A stretch of 64,000 nucleotides of DNA from Balanoglossus misakiensis (lineage: Eukaryota; Animalia; Hemichordata): NCBI GenBank assembly GCA_040954595.2, contig CM082586.2:5566509-5630508 (forward strand). Reading direction: 5' to 3'. Positions 36,619-50,451 of the stretch are shown here, piece after piece (within the stretch, counting starts at the first letter, position 1; every line of letters starts with the position of its first letter). Under the pieces are notes generated by a model that saw nothing but the letters and a program-made list of their open reading frames with translations, was not told the DNA's origin and did no database searches. Position numbers and translations under genes: made by a program.

Positions 36619-37795
36619 CACGCTCGTCTTTTTTGGGCCACGGTCATTTACATTTTTGCTGAGTCACATGTGGTGAACACGTTAGAAATCAAGGAAAGTG
36701 CAATAATTCTCTCACGTTTCTGACATGTATTCTGTATTGGTGGGCAGGTAGCCACATATACATAAGAAATACTGCAATTTCATTTGATGTATTCTGTATT
36801 GGTGGGCAGGTAGCCACATATACATAAGAAATACTGCAATTTCATTTGATGTATTCTGTATTGGTGGGCAGGTAGCCACATATACATAAGAAATACTGCA
36901 ATTTCATTTGATGTATTCTGTATTGGTGGGCAGGTAGCCACATATACATAAGAAATACTGCAATTTCATTTGATGTATTCTGTATTGGTGGGCAGGTAGC
37001 CACATATACATAAGAAATACTGCAATTTCATTTGATGTATTCTGTATTGGTGGGCAGGTAGCCACATATACATAAGAAATACTGCAATTTCAATTGATGT
37101 ATTCTGTATTGGTGGGCAGGTAGCCACATATACATAAGAAATACTGCAATTTCATTTGATGTATTCTGTATTGGTGGGCAGGTAGCCACATATACATAAG
37201 AAATACTGCAATTTCATTTGATGTATTCTGTATTGGTGGGCAGGTAGCCACATATACATAAGAAATACTGCAAATTACATTTGATGTATTCTGTATTGGT
37301 GGGCAGGTAGCCACATATACATAAGAAATACTGCAATTTCATTTGATGTATTCTGTATTGGTGGGCAGGTAGCCACATATACATAAGAAATACTGCAAAT
37401 TACATTTGATGTATTCTGTATTGGTGGGCAGATAGCCACATATACATAGGAAATACTGCAATTTCATTTGATGTATTCTGTATTGGTGGGCAGGTAGCCA
37501 CATATACATAAGAAATACTGCAATTGCATTTGATGTACATGTATTCTGTATTGGTGGGCAGGTAGCCACATATACATAAGAAATACTGCAATTTCATTTG
37601 ATGTATTCTGTATTGGTGGGCAGGTAGCCACATATACATAAGAAATACTGCAATTTCATTTGATGCATTCTGTATTGGTGGGCAGGTAGCCACATATACA
37701 CAAGAAATACTGCAATTTCATTTGATTTCTAACATTTTTAGCCTATATGACTCAGCAAAAAAAATTGAGCATAGCCCATAATAGACGAGTGCGTG
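36619..37795. mobile_element. Inverted-repeat-bounded element carrying an internal tandem array
   Basis: 36619-36709 aligns with the reverse complement of 37704-37795 (CTCGTCT..TGGGC..TTTTTGCTGAGTCA..GTTAGAAATCAA..GAAA.TGCA). No clear TSD. Confidence 0.7.
36725..37726. repeat. 62-bp minisatellite, about 16 copies
   Basis: Head-to-tail unit TGTATTCTGTATTGGTGGGCAGGTAGCCACATATACATAAGAAATACTGCAATTTCATTTGA with no spacers. Confidence 0.97.
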
Positions 37796-38157
37796 TTGTT
37801 TGTGATAACATTTGGAAAATGGTTACTTGTAAACAGGAATAAGGTCACATTGCACCACACATATGATGCAACTTAGTGGCATTATTGTGCTTAACACTGA
37901 ATGCATATGAGCAGCATCTGTACCATGAGTGAATCTGATTTTAATTGGCTAAAAGATTAAAGGAAGTCCCGTTGGTTTTGTAAAAGCTGCAATAAACTAT
38001 AATATTGAGGAAACCACATTCCACAGAAGACATAGACTGGAACAGCCAAGAGAGAGTAAATATAGTTCTCATAGTACCACTAAAACTATCTGCATTATTG
38101 CATTAACCATACGCCAATTAGTGTCTGACTGATGACCTGAATAGTAAATGATCTACT

Positions 38158-40885
38158 CTAGTAAAACAGGGGACCCGTGTAACCTCCTAGAAATCCATGC
38201 AGTGATAAGGTGCCGCTATCCTTTCCATGCCGCCCTCTATTGACAAACCGCGTCCAGGTACTGTTATAGTGCCCGATGAATATATCTGCGTCTGTAATAT
38301 GAAAAAAAAGCTGCAGTTTTATCTTTAAGGTAGCATGTTGCTCGACAATCAAAGTCTTAAAATTATTATTCTCTCCTCAGATTGTGAGTGAAGAATTGGG
38401 GATCACCGTGCCAAATTTCGAATGCGAGAAACATTTGAAATTCAAAATGGCCGCCAATCTCTATATTTAAATATCAAGAACCCAGTATGTGATAGGAAAA
38501 GGGAGCGTGCAATGATATGTTGAGACTTCTTACCAAGTACGTATGTAAAGACTTACCAATGCAAATTCGTTGCTCAACAAGGGACCTGATATAGTTGTCT
38601 TTCATCTTGGCAGCAATGGAAGGATGCGCTTTGCCATCTGTTATATTTTTCATTGCCATTACATTCATAATACCCGCTAGATGAAGCTCTTCGACAATAT
38701 TCTAATTAAAATAATGATGATAATTATAATATTAACTTGCTACATACGTAGCCTTTGCAGCCGTTTTGAGGGAGGTCAGTAACAGAGGAAAGATATGGCG
38801 CCGGTAATGCGCGGTAATTGTAACCTTTTAGAAAAAATTGATAGATAACTTACCGACGACAAAGGTGGAGTTGCTAAGAAGAGGTTGTTCAGATCATTGG
38901 CTTTCATGAAATCGCTGATAGACTTGGCTATGTGGATAGATGCTTCTTTCATAAGCATTTGTTGATAGGACAACTGGTCACACACATGTTTACTGGATCT
39001 CTTTGCATTCTTACATTTTAGTTTGTATCTGCAAGAATCAAAGCTAATTGTTATTTACATAAATAAGACCAAATCTGATATCCAAATGCACTTGTATGTT
39101 ACATGAATGCTTATAGGCCTTTCTTTTTTGATCCCTAGCTCTTCCAGTAAAAATTATGTCGTTTCACAGATAAACATGACTGATTTTCTGAATGACGACA
39201 TGTCATTTCCATTTTCAAGAACTTACATTTCCCGTGGTTTGTTTCGCCAGTGTAAAGCAAGAAAGGGCATCCCATTGAAGGCATCCTTTTCGATAATTTC
39301 TGCCGTATTCCTGATGCCCGGTGACAATACTATGTTACTGTTTACTTTTTGTCTCAACGTTTCCGGATAAGTGTAGCTTGTTGATTTGAAAACCCACACG
39401 CCGACACACTTCATTGATGACGCTGCGTCCAGTCTCTGCCTCAGTTCCTCCTCCGTGAAGGGCAACGTTTCAAAGCTTGGCAATGTGATGCCAAACTTCT
39501 TGCTGTACATGTCCGTTGCCGTGTAATACGCTGACTGATAATGATGCCTGAGGCTGGGCTTGGTCAATACGACTTGGACTGTGTTGTCACACTCTCTCTT
39601 GAATTCTTCCACACTGGCCATGGTCACGATTTCCCTCAGTATGTCAATGTCGAATGTATCCTCTAAATTTCGTGCCTCCCCAACCATGTCCCCGGATTGG
39701 AATACGGGATGTCCGTAGAAGAATGCGGCTTCGGCCAGGGAACGGTTTTCCATGTTGCAATACATGACGGCTTCAGCAAAATGGCCGTATTGGCAGTTGG
39801 GCCCACCCCGGTTGATGGCATCTATGTACAGCAAATATCGTCTTTCTGTGGTTGGTTCGTGGATCTGCGTGAGAAAAGCCTGTTAAAGTCAAATCTGAAG
39901 GTGTTTGCGTGCATGCAGTGGTTGACTACCACACACGGTGCTCGACTTTTGGCCGTTTTAAATTTTTTTTCGATAAATATTCTCGAACAGTGGAAGGAAA
40001 TCATCTTCTAGTGTCTATGGTTGAACGATGTCTATCCTGATATCCTGTGTCAGCCCACAGCTAATCGTATCAGCATCCAATGCAGAATGTAATCTATCGA
40101 ATAGCCTAGTAAAACACAATATATTACTTTATCACCTATCAGTCCAATAGGTTCGACAGATTAAATTATTATAGTAGGTGTTTTACCAGGCTAGTCGATA
40201 AGTTAACATTTATGATGTTCCACAATGGTGGTATACTTTCAGCTACATCAGTTCATGTGTGTTACCTTGCTACTTTAACTTTTTATACGTTGCATAGTCT
40301 AGAAAAACATGTTCATTTTAATTTTTTACACTTTTGAAAAATCGATTTTGAGACCCAGTACATGTATTTGAATGAACATAGAGTCTTGACCGTGAATGCT
40401 TATTTCATACATTGATGCATTCTTATGAGAACAATCACCCACCCATTTATGTTGGCCTTTGCTCATTCAAAATCATCCTTGGTAAAACTGCTATGGATCC
40501 ACGGAAAAGAAATATATTTTTCCAGTGACGCTCTTCCAAATTAAAAGATTTGTTATTAAACATAAGAAAGTGTTCCAAGTATTATAAATGAGCGGGTGTC
40601 TGTAATAAAAGTTGAAAAATACATACGAAAAGGTATACGACTTACTGATTCAGTCGCCGGATTAAGAGATGTCGATGTTTCGCGGCTTGGATTTCCAGGA
40701 TGAGAATCAAAGCGAACTTCGCCTTCGTATGTTTTTTGTGCGGTAGCTCTTGATTTGTCTTCATCCCAAATCAATGAATGTCCGTCATGGGGAAATAAAT
40801 GGCCGTCTAAATGTCCCCAATATATGATGGCTATAGATGTAGCTACTGAGACTGCGACCAGAGCACGGAACCATAGTTTGATCAT
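38158..40885 (-). CDS. O-fucosyltransferase-like glycosyltransferase (GT-B, PF10250-like), paralog B
   Basis: Exons 40885-40646, 39864-39227, 39028-38854, 38701-38557 and 38291-38158. Type II anchor; GGPNCQ, FLALHWR, LFLAT and VEQRICIDADIFIGHYNSTWT resemble POFUT-family GDP-fucose-binding motifs. Confidence 0.85.
40087..40210. repeat. Small inverted-repeat element (MITE-like) in intron 1 of paralog B
   Basis: Arms TATCGAATAGCCTAGTAAAACAC and GTGTTTTACCAGGCTAGTCGATA. Confidence 0.7.
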
Positions 40886-41527
40886 GGTGATTTCGACGCG
40901 AATGATATGAAACGGTCATATGAGATGAGAGTGGACACGGATTTACAAGATTATGTTAGTACACTTTAAATTAAATTTTTAATAAGAAAACTGCAATATA
41001 AACACGGATTACACGAGTGTGAATCGTCAATGTGTTTTGCCATATGTGCACCCTCTGTCAGATTGGTGCTTTAGGCTCTATTGCGATAAGCCACACACCA
41101 CCTGCAGAAAGTGTCGTGTGTGGACGTCCAGAACTTTAACAACACACCCAGCAATGATTGTCCAGTCCAGTATGCTTCATTGCGCATGTGCAATGGACTG
41201 GCACGTCATAGCAGACAAAATGGCGGAGGATACTTCACCCTATGTGAAGATGACAGTGGATTGGAGCACAGCGCCATGGTCATTTATACTGGGACTATAA
41301 TTTTCTTGCAAATGGTGTAATTGATGTCGCTGGATTTTATTATACATGTGCATGTACAGTATCAGGAGATCTTGCAGTGTATGGTAACAGATTGGACAGT
41401 TGAAATGGACAGCTATACTGAATGTTTATAAATGAACATTGAGTAATTTTTCTTAATTCTGTTTTTTTTTTTTTTTTTTTTTTTTGTTTCCCTGGCGTAT
41501 AATGCCCTTTGCAGCAGGTGCATGTCA

Positions 41528-41922
41528 CTAGTAGAAGAGTTGACCCGTGTAATTGCCGAAGAAGTTATCGAGGAAGAATGAATTTCCCCCTTTTCCAAGC
41601 CTTCCTCTACAGACACCTCGTGTCCAGGTACTGTTGTAGTGACCGATGAATATTTCTGAATCTGGAACAAAGGTAAACACGCATTCAGTTGCTCAAGGTG
41701 ACTTTGGTCATATAACCTGACACCCCTAACATCCAATACATTCATTTGTGCTGATCTCTAATTGTTCAAAATGAAACCTCCTATTTCCTTGACTGCTGTC
41801 TTCCCAATATAAACTTATCCCACGTTCACATAGCCACTGTGTACTATATTTAATAGATATCCAAACTCCCCCCAAACATACACACACACACACACACACA
41901 CATACATACATACATACATACA

Positions 41923-41956
<34 letters not shown>

Positions 41957-44170
41957 CATACACACATATACATGTACATACATACATACATATATACATA
42001 CATACATACATACATACATACATACATACATACATACATACATACATACATACATACATACATACATACATACATACATACATACATACATACATACATA
42101 CATACATACATACATACATACATACATACATACATACATACATACATACACACATACATACATACATACATGCACACACACACACACACAGGCACATGAA
42201 CACCTACCAGTACAAATACACTGTTCAACAAGTGACCAGAAGTAGTTGTCCTGTTTCTGGTTGGCAATCAACGGGTAGACGTCACTGGTGATATTTTCCG
42301 CTGACAGCACACACGGAATACCCACGCTTTGAAGCACTTGAACAATATTCTAAATAAAATGTGAATGTTTTAGAATGAACATTAAGATAATAATGATGAT
42401 GATGATTATGATGATGATACAACAATAATAATAATAATAGTACATGTAATAATAATATGCTGGTTTTGCATTTTAAGTGTTTGTGATCACTGATTATATG
42501 CACATGAGGCATTATTATTGTTATATATTCGCTACATATTTTTTGTAATTACCGACGATAAAGGAGGGGTAGCCACGTATATCTGAGTAAGGTTGTTCAT
42601 TTTCATGAAATCGCTGATAGACCGGGCTATATGAACCGATGCCTCTGCCATACTTAACAGTTGTCGTCTGTACTTATTGCACAGGGAATTTCTTTTCTGG
42701 AGTTCAGTCCTACATTTCAGCGTGTATCTGCGGGGAGAAACAACTGATTAATAATCAAAACATCTACAAAAGGATGTGGCTGATAATATGATGTATTTGT
42801 GGCAAATACAGTATTAAGTTAGGCTTGGTCAATTGACACAATCATCTCAAAACCACGTCATCAGTAGTTTTCAGTCGATAGCCGTATTATCATTTACACT
42901 ACAGATACAAATACTTACATTTCTTGTAGTTTATTACGCCAGTGAATAGCAAGGTACGGCAGTCCATGTAAACCTTTCTTTTCGATGTCGTCTGCTGTTG
43001 TCCTAATATGTGATGATTGTACCAAATGCCCGCTGACTTTATGTCTTAGAGCCCGGGAAACAAGGCCATAGGTTTGTTTTAAAACCCAGACACCGACGCA
43101 CTTCATTGACGCTGCTGCTTGCAGCCTCTCCCTCAGCTGACTGTCTGTCTTCGGCAGTGTTTCAAAGTTGGGCAACGTTATACCAAACCTCTCGCGGTAA
43201 ATTTCCGCTGATTTGGCATACGATGAAGAGTGGTGGCCTTTATCTTTCGGATTGGTCAGAACTGTTTCGACGGTGCTGTTGCACTTGTCTTTGAATTCTT
43301 CAACCGAAGCGATGTTCACTATTTTCTTTAATGTTTCCAAATCATAAGTAGCCGCCAGAGTTCTTGATTCGCCCAACATATCGGCCGCATCGAATAGTCG
43401 GTGTCCAAAGAACACGACTGCTTCGGACAGAGAGCGATTTTGGTGGATGCAGTATTGGAGGGACGCAGCAAAGTGACCATATTGACAGTTTGGTCCTCCA
43501 CGTCCAATTGCATTTATATACAGCAAGAATCGCTCACTGGTTCTCCCACTTACCTATACATGTGAAAATATTACAAGAAAACAAATGATATGAAACAACG
43601 GGTACAACTTGATAGATACAAAATGCCATGTACGTACTGTTTCTCTCTCTCGGAATGATGTAGTTGATGTGTATTTCACCACAGAACTTGATAGCCAGAA
43701 AGCAAAATCGACTCCATATTAATTTAACGTTAATTCGGTTCAGTGAATATAGTTGTTATAATTGTGTGGCTGATACCCTTCTATTCATTTTGTATAGGTT
43801 CAATTAACGTGCATCAATTAAACTGTATTGGGGTGAGGTATTTGGAATTTCTGAATGAAATTGCTGTAAGAAAAGATGCTAAGATCAAACTAGATCCTTA
43901 GGTAACACGTTGATATTCACTTACTGATTCGTTTGTTCGGCGTGGAGACGATGACGTGGCGGTCGCCCATACGTCAGCCGGTGGCTTCTCAGCGAGAGCT
44001 CCGCTCCGATCTTCGTCTACAGTTCGTGTTTTCACTTCATCTGCCAAATACGAAGATAAACGCCGGTGGGTTTTAGGGACGCCAACACAGAAACTCCCCC
44101 AGACCACGATGGCGATGAGCGTAGCTATAGAAAAAGCAATTGTCACGCAGAACCACCTGAGGATGTTCAT
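41528..44170 (-). CDS. O-fucosyltransferase-like glycosyltransferase, paralog C
   Basis: Exons 44170-43925, 43553-42919, 42727-42553, 42349-42208 and 41661-41528. Type II anchor; GGPNCQ, YLAIHWR, IYVAT and VEQCICTDSEIFIGHYNSTWT. Confidence 0.85.
41876..42190. repeat. (CA)n/(CATA)n microsatellite in the last intron of paralog C
   Basis: Seen directly. Confidence 0.95.
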
Positions 44171-44754
44171 GGTGTGATCATACAAAGACGAGGAAAGAAT
44201 GCTATACGTTATCAGCTAACGAAACTGGAGTTATATATCGTGTTGAGAAGTCTTATTACAATGAAACATATTGCTTTTTGTGGATATGTTGACATGGTTA
44301 TTTATCCAACTCTGTTAGAGAGACGTTGCCCGAGTGACACATACAGATTAACTTATTCACACTTATTGCGATTGGCAAGAGTAATTTTACACAACCACAC
44401 TTTTTCCCTATGTGTCACTGTCATCCATAACCATTCTTTGGTTGTCTCAGAATGAATATCTTAAAATGAGAAACAATATTGCCTGATGCTCCTGAACGAA
44501 TTCAACGCATACACATTTTTTTTCTATTTTCAGTAATTTCATAAGACAAAACATATGTGCATATAAGTACATTATAAACGGATAGTGTTGTCGCTATGTA
44601 ATAAACATCTGCAGCCAAAAAGCTATTTGTTATCAGCTTGACTTTTTTGCCGAAAAGCAGCCGCGCACCGCGGAGAGTGAAATCGTTGCCAGGCACGCAC
44701 TAATACATCCATCCGATGTATTATATTTCAAGCTAAGCAACAGGGCAGAGGGTC

Positions 44755-44797
44755 AGAGAGAGAGAGAGAGAGAGAGGGGAGAGAGAGAGAGAGAGAC

Positions 44798-44852
<55 letters not shown>
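44755..44852. repeat. (GA)n microsatellite
   Basis: Seen directly. Confidence 0.95.
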
Positions 44853-44855
<3 letters not shown>

Positions 44856-47092
44856 AACGCAATGTCAATATGCAATTGTAGACAGATGGCTACAAATATA
44901 TGTGTGCGTAGGATGACTGTGAAGACACTGCTTGCGTACATATGTTTAATTTCCAACTGTGTATCGTTGACTCTTAAACCCAGCGAATATAAAGGATGGC
45001 AACAGTCGTTTTATACCGCCCTCTCACGTCCTCACTATGGTTTATGTGATCTCAGTTCTTCCGACTGGCAATAACTATGGCAGGATCACGAGAATCTGAT
45101 AAACACATCCTCGTTCCAACTGCACGGAGAAAACTTATCTATAGCCTAGACTACGTGTTTGCTGGACTTTTACGCTGGGATTGCTTTAAAACCAAATACC
45201 GTTGTTAATAATTGACTAAACATGTTTCATTAATGTTGTATGTGAACAGACTTTGATGATACTGATCTTACTCCTACATGTAAGATAGTTTACAATATAC
45301 ACACAGGGAAATGTTGACAATATAAAGGTTACAGGGTCTCTTGTCTTCATTCAACTTTTAAATAATGAATTAGAGAGTCTCAAATTTGAAATTCAAAATG
45401 GTCGCCACTCTCTGCGATAAGTGTATGAGAGAAAATTAAAGTTGGAATTGTTTTGTGAACACCCAGTTCAAAAAGACTTCTCCCCACTTTAATATAAATA
45501 TATGAAAGAATTAAAAGATTTGAAGGACAATAATTTTTTTCTGAAAATCTGTCTCAGAGTCGCACATTACCCCAATGTCAATTTTTAGGCCCATTTATCT
45601 TTTTGTGGTTCCAGTGCAGATTTTTAAGAAAAAGAAGTCGTTTATCCTGATATACACCACGGTAGAGTTTCACATCTTTCGCAAGGGACCGTTCGCAACT
45701 GGATTACGATATATCCGATGCCAGAAGCCAGGGGGGATTAACAATTAGAACCAGTGGAACGTTTCTATTCATCACGCTAAAGCCTGATTCGGGGATTCTG
45801 CTGATCTGCTTACAAAAGCTGGAAACATTACGACAAGGGGACAACACATTTTGCCAATTATCCATTATCCGGCAAGGGTTCTCAGCGAAAATCTTGAACA
45901 TAATTCCAAACATTCTTAGAACGATGGGTGCCGTAATCCAAAAATAACAACAGCTTGGGGCGACGGTATATCTAAAAGAGAGATGACGTCACTAATACAT
46001 AATTTGCGAGGGTCATTCCATTCGATGAATCCGATTTTGGGTTCTACACTAATTCTCATTGGCTTCAACACTAATCTCTTTCTAATCACGTACATGCACT
46101 CAGTGAAATCCGCACCTGGACTTTTTTTCTCAAAGCGGCGTGCAGACGCAAAGAATTTCTCTTTGCCCTTCAAATAAAACCTTTCTTTTAAATTTTACGT
46201 GAACAGATAACAATTAGACTATTCGTGAATTTCTTAAGAGGTCACTAACATACATATCGCTACTGTCCAGGAAAGAAGGGTTAACATTATAAGCATTGGC
46301 ACAACAAGCTACTAGATTTTCCTAATGTAATATAGTCTCCTTATCCTGTATTGTCCACTAACACCACTCTCCTCCGAATGTGAGTCGTGGAATGTTTTCG
46401 GCGGAGACTACTGTATGTCATTCATTTGAAGCGTAAGTGACCTAAGTAAATCTTTGAAGTCAATCAGTGCAAGGGTACTGTTTGGTGGTGGCCTTATTCT
46501 AATATATGAAATTAGCCTCATAGGCTTTTAACGAGAAAAGGAACTTGCAGTTCACTACGAAATATGTATTTTTTATTTTATTTTATATGTTTTGACTTGT
46601 ATTTCATTATTGGTTCTGAGTTTAAGTTACAACGTAATAATTAACATAATTAAATTAGCGGATGGATCAAACCTATCACTTTATTAAGGAACAATTGGGC
46701 AAATCGTGCGTAAATTATACTATAATCCTAAAAGAAGTGTGTTAATTCTTTTACTGTCTGTTTAGGCATTCTATTTTGGAGGGAAAACTATGCGTCCGTT
46801 TGTGTGTAAGTGTTCTAATATCCCGAGTGAATTGAAAAGAACGAGTCAACTGCGCGTATATGTTGCAATATTGATAAACAATGCCTTTTTGGTCTCACAA
46901 GGGAATATTTGTAGGAAGGTATAGCTTCATGTACAATCAATAATTGAGGCACAGTCCCAAAACGTATCACGCCTTCGTGTGTCTATTAAAGTTTTAAGGC
47001 AGAAAACATCAATGGGCATGGATGGAAAATCTTGTCCTCGTCTCTGTTATTCAAGAGTGAACTCTTTTTGAGCCGTTTACCACCATGCGCAA

Positions 47093-47186
47093 TTTTTGTT
47101 CCCTGTCACATGAGAATATCCTCCCATATAACCTGCCTAGCCACGCGAGATCTCGCAGTATCTCGTAGAGTTCGGAAAATGGTCTA
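47093..47186 (+). mobile_element. Family A repeat, 3' fragment
   Basis: TGTCACATGAGAAT...GCCTAGCCACGCGAGATCTCGCAGTATCTCGTAGAGTTCGGAAAATGGTCTA matches 1147-1223. Confidence 0.75.
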
Positions 47187-49499
47187 TAATATCGATGGTG
47201 AAAATGTAAAGTTAAGGGCCCGGATACACTACCCCGCGGGAGGTACACAAAATCAAACACATTACATTGATCGTTGGTGACGCCCTTTCCTTTCCGATTC
47301 CGGAGCTGTCTATACAAGTCATCAAACTCACTGCAAAATGTGGCTAATCTTTGTTGACAGACAGGTGGTTAGCGTTAGTCATACTATTGTAAAAATCTTG
47401 ACATACAAGGCGAGGAGTATGAAGGAGGCAATTTTCCTGACGAAGCAGCACTACTTTCACAAGATATCTCTTATATAGACACTATCGCCAAGTCATACGT
47501 TTTATTAGCGTAACCTTGGAATATGTAATAATAAAATTGGGTGGTTAAGCATCATACTGCACGGTGAACCCCTTTATGTAGATTGGTGACATGCGCAGTC
47601 ACCGTAACTTTTCCGAGCTACACCTTCACAACTGTCAGTTGTTCGAAGTACTTTGTCGTTTGCCTATATCGTCTTCCCTTGGTTTAAGAATCGACACTTG
47701 GACATATGCTCAGCTGTATATGTAGTCTGTATTGAGGTACGTTTTCTCACACCATGCTTACAAGCATATACTTCTTTAGTATTCGAATTCCTGTCATTGC
47801 TTGGCGACTCGTTTTAGAGTTACAAAATGCTGTAAACAGTTTGAGTGTATACATGCATGTATATTTTCACATTACTATCATTGCCGTTGGTCATTATATG
47901 CGAGATATTCCAGGGTAATTTAAGTACATGTAATGACTTTGTCGTTGCACGCAGTGTACCCGTACACTAGTCATGGTCGTTAGTTGTCATTCTCCTTTCT
48001 TATGCTACATCTACATCATCGAATTCATGCAGTGTTTTATTTCTTAAGTTGGTCGGTTTAGTTAGCGATGTACATGTACGATTACGTACATGTACCTCAC
48101 AGACCAGGTCAACGTTTACAGTAAATATAAATACAATGGCCTAATTAATGGCCGCGTGTTCGATACAGATGTGCACGATGAATACGAGAGCGCGCGAGTG
48201 GAGGGCGATCGTTTGGATATTCAAACACGCGAGTGCATTGTCCGGCTTACAACACGTCAACACCACCTGGTGTAAAACATGACCACTCATGAAGCACACG
48301 CTGTTTTCCTCTCGGCCAATTGAAAGCAGTTGCAATGTGTACAGCTGTTTATGGAGATTTCCTCTGGTTGAGAGTGACCACGCGATTTGCATATCTTCAC
48401 AACACGCACCACCTCACCACGCTCACTGCGTGAGTATTCTGTCGGATAAGGACAACGGCGTCTTCATGATCCAAAATATGTAAGAAAGTGGAGCCAGGAA
48501 AACCTGACGAGGCTGAAGAGGATGACTGACCGGTTCAGGATTTTGGAGAACTTCTCGGGGAACACTTGCAGTACTCCATGTCGAAGGGAAACGCTGATTC
48601 ATCAACCAACAAGTGAGCAGACACCACCCCTTCATGCAAATTATCATGCGACACGATAACAGTTTAGAGTTCCCAGAACAAGATGGCGTCTCCGCGTATT
48701 CATGACAGAGATGAGAAGACGCGTGTCGTCTTGTTCTGGCGAATAGTAAAGTGTAATTGTGTCGAAATGTAAAAGTTCGCTTGTGTTCAGGTTGTTTAAT
48801 TCCCCGGGCCAGCCTAAACTCATTGACTCAAGCACTCTAACGTGCATGTTTAAAAGACATTTTAGTTGTTTTTGTTACACCGTACGATCAAATATGGCTG
48901 CCAGACAGCCATTTTATTTAAATTTCAAGAGGTCAAACACGAACGTTCCTGGATCAGTTGATATCATCGATGGTATATGAACCTCACACCATGTCTTAGA
49001 CATGATTAACTATTTGCCCATAGCACAGAATGTGCCGAGTTCAGACAGCCCATCTGTACATGGGCATTCATTATACGTTATTCCTCAAGACAGCGTTTTC
49101 CCCTCATAAAGAACAGTCGGTAACGTGTTCTAATGGCAGGTTAATTACTCGTGTTAAGATTTTTGTCACCTTTCTCGACGTCAACGACGCGTGATAGCAA
49201 CGTTATAATGCCAAGCTTGTTTTATATTGAGTATTTCAAAAATCGCTTTTCTTTTAACGAGGGCGCTCTTGTCAGTTCTTGTTGCCTTTGAACAGTGGTT
49301 TTATGATCATCACAAAGTACTAATCAAAGGGTTAAATGAGTAAAACTAATTTGCACTGAAAAGAACACATTTAAATGTTAGTCGCGACATTTGCTTATTG
49401 TAGACGTTACAGTGCTCTTCCCTAGGCAGTATGCACTTTATTTTCTTGTCTTTTTGTGAGGCAAGTAGGGAAATACATGTGCACATGTACATGTATGTA

Positions 49500-49502
<3 letters not shown>

Positions 49503-49533
<31 letters not shown>

Positions 49534-50451
49534 TCCATCCATCCATCTACCCATCCATCCACCCCATACATACATACATACATACATACATACATACATA
49601 CATACATACATACATACATACATACATACATACATACATACATACATACATACATACATACATACATACATACATACATACATACATACATACATACATA
49701 CATACATACATACATACATACATACATACATACATACATACATACATACATACATACATACATACATACATACATACATACATACATACATACATACATA
49801 CATACATACATACATACATACATACATACATACATACATACATACATACATACATACATACATACATACATACATACATACATACATACATACATACATA
49901 CATACATACATACATACATACATACATACATACATACATACATACATACATACATACATACATACATACATACATACATACATACATACATACATACATA
50001 CATACATACATACATACATACATACATACATACATACATACATACATACATACATACATACATACATACATACATACATACATACATACATACATACATA
50101 CATACATACATACATACATACATACATACATACATACATACATACATACATACATACATACATACATACATACATACATACATACATACATACATACATA
50201 CATACATACATACATACATACATACATACATACATACATACATACATACATACATACATACATACATACATACATACATACATACATACATACATACATA
50301 CATACATACATACATACATACATACATACATACATACATACATACATACATACATACATACATACATACATACATACATACATACATACATACATACATA
50401 CATACATACATACATACATACATACATACATACATACATACATACATACAT
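49503..50451. repeat. Compound microsatellite: (CA)n, (CATC)n, then ~885 bp of pure (CATA)n
   Basis: Seen directly; the pure tract runs 49566-50451. Confidence 0.98.

Noticed and set aside
37090-37693. Repetitive ORFs (MATCPPIQN...)
   Set aside because: Translations of the 62-bp minisatellite; the unit length is not a multiple of three and stops recur.
36725-37726. Possible CRISPR array
   Set aside because: Units are head-to-tail and near-identical with no unique spacers; no cas genes; eukaryotic context.
38326-38470. TTTGAAATTCAAAATGGCCGCC segment shared with ~45384-45412
   Set aside because: Probably fragments of a common dispersed repeat, but boundaries could not be defined by eye.
45704-46173. 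Adjacent 69-aa and 85-aa minus-strand ORFs
   Set aside because: No recognisable motifs or consistent splice structure; non-ATG starts.
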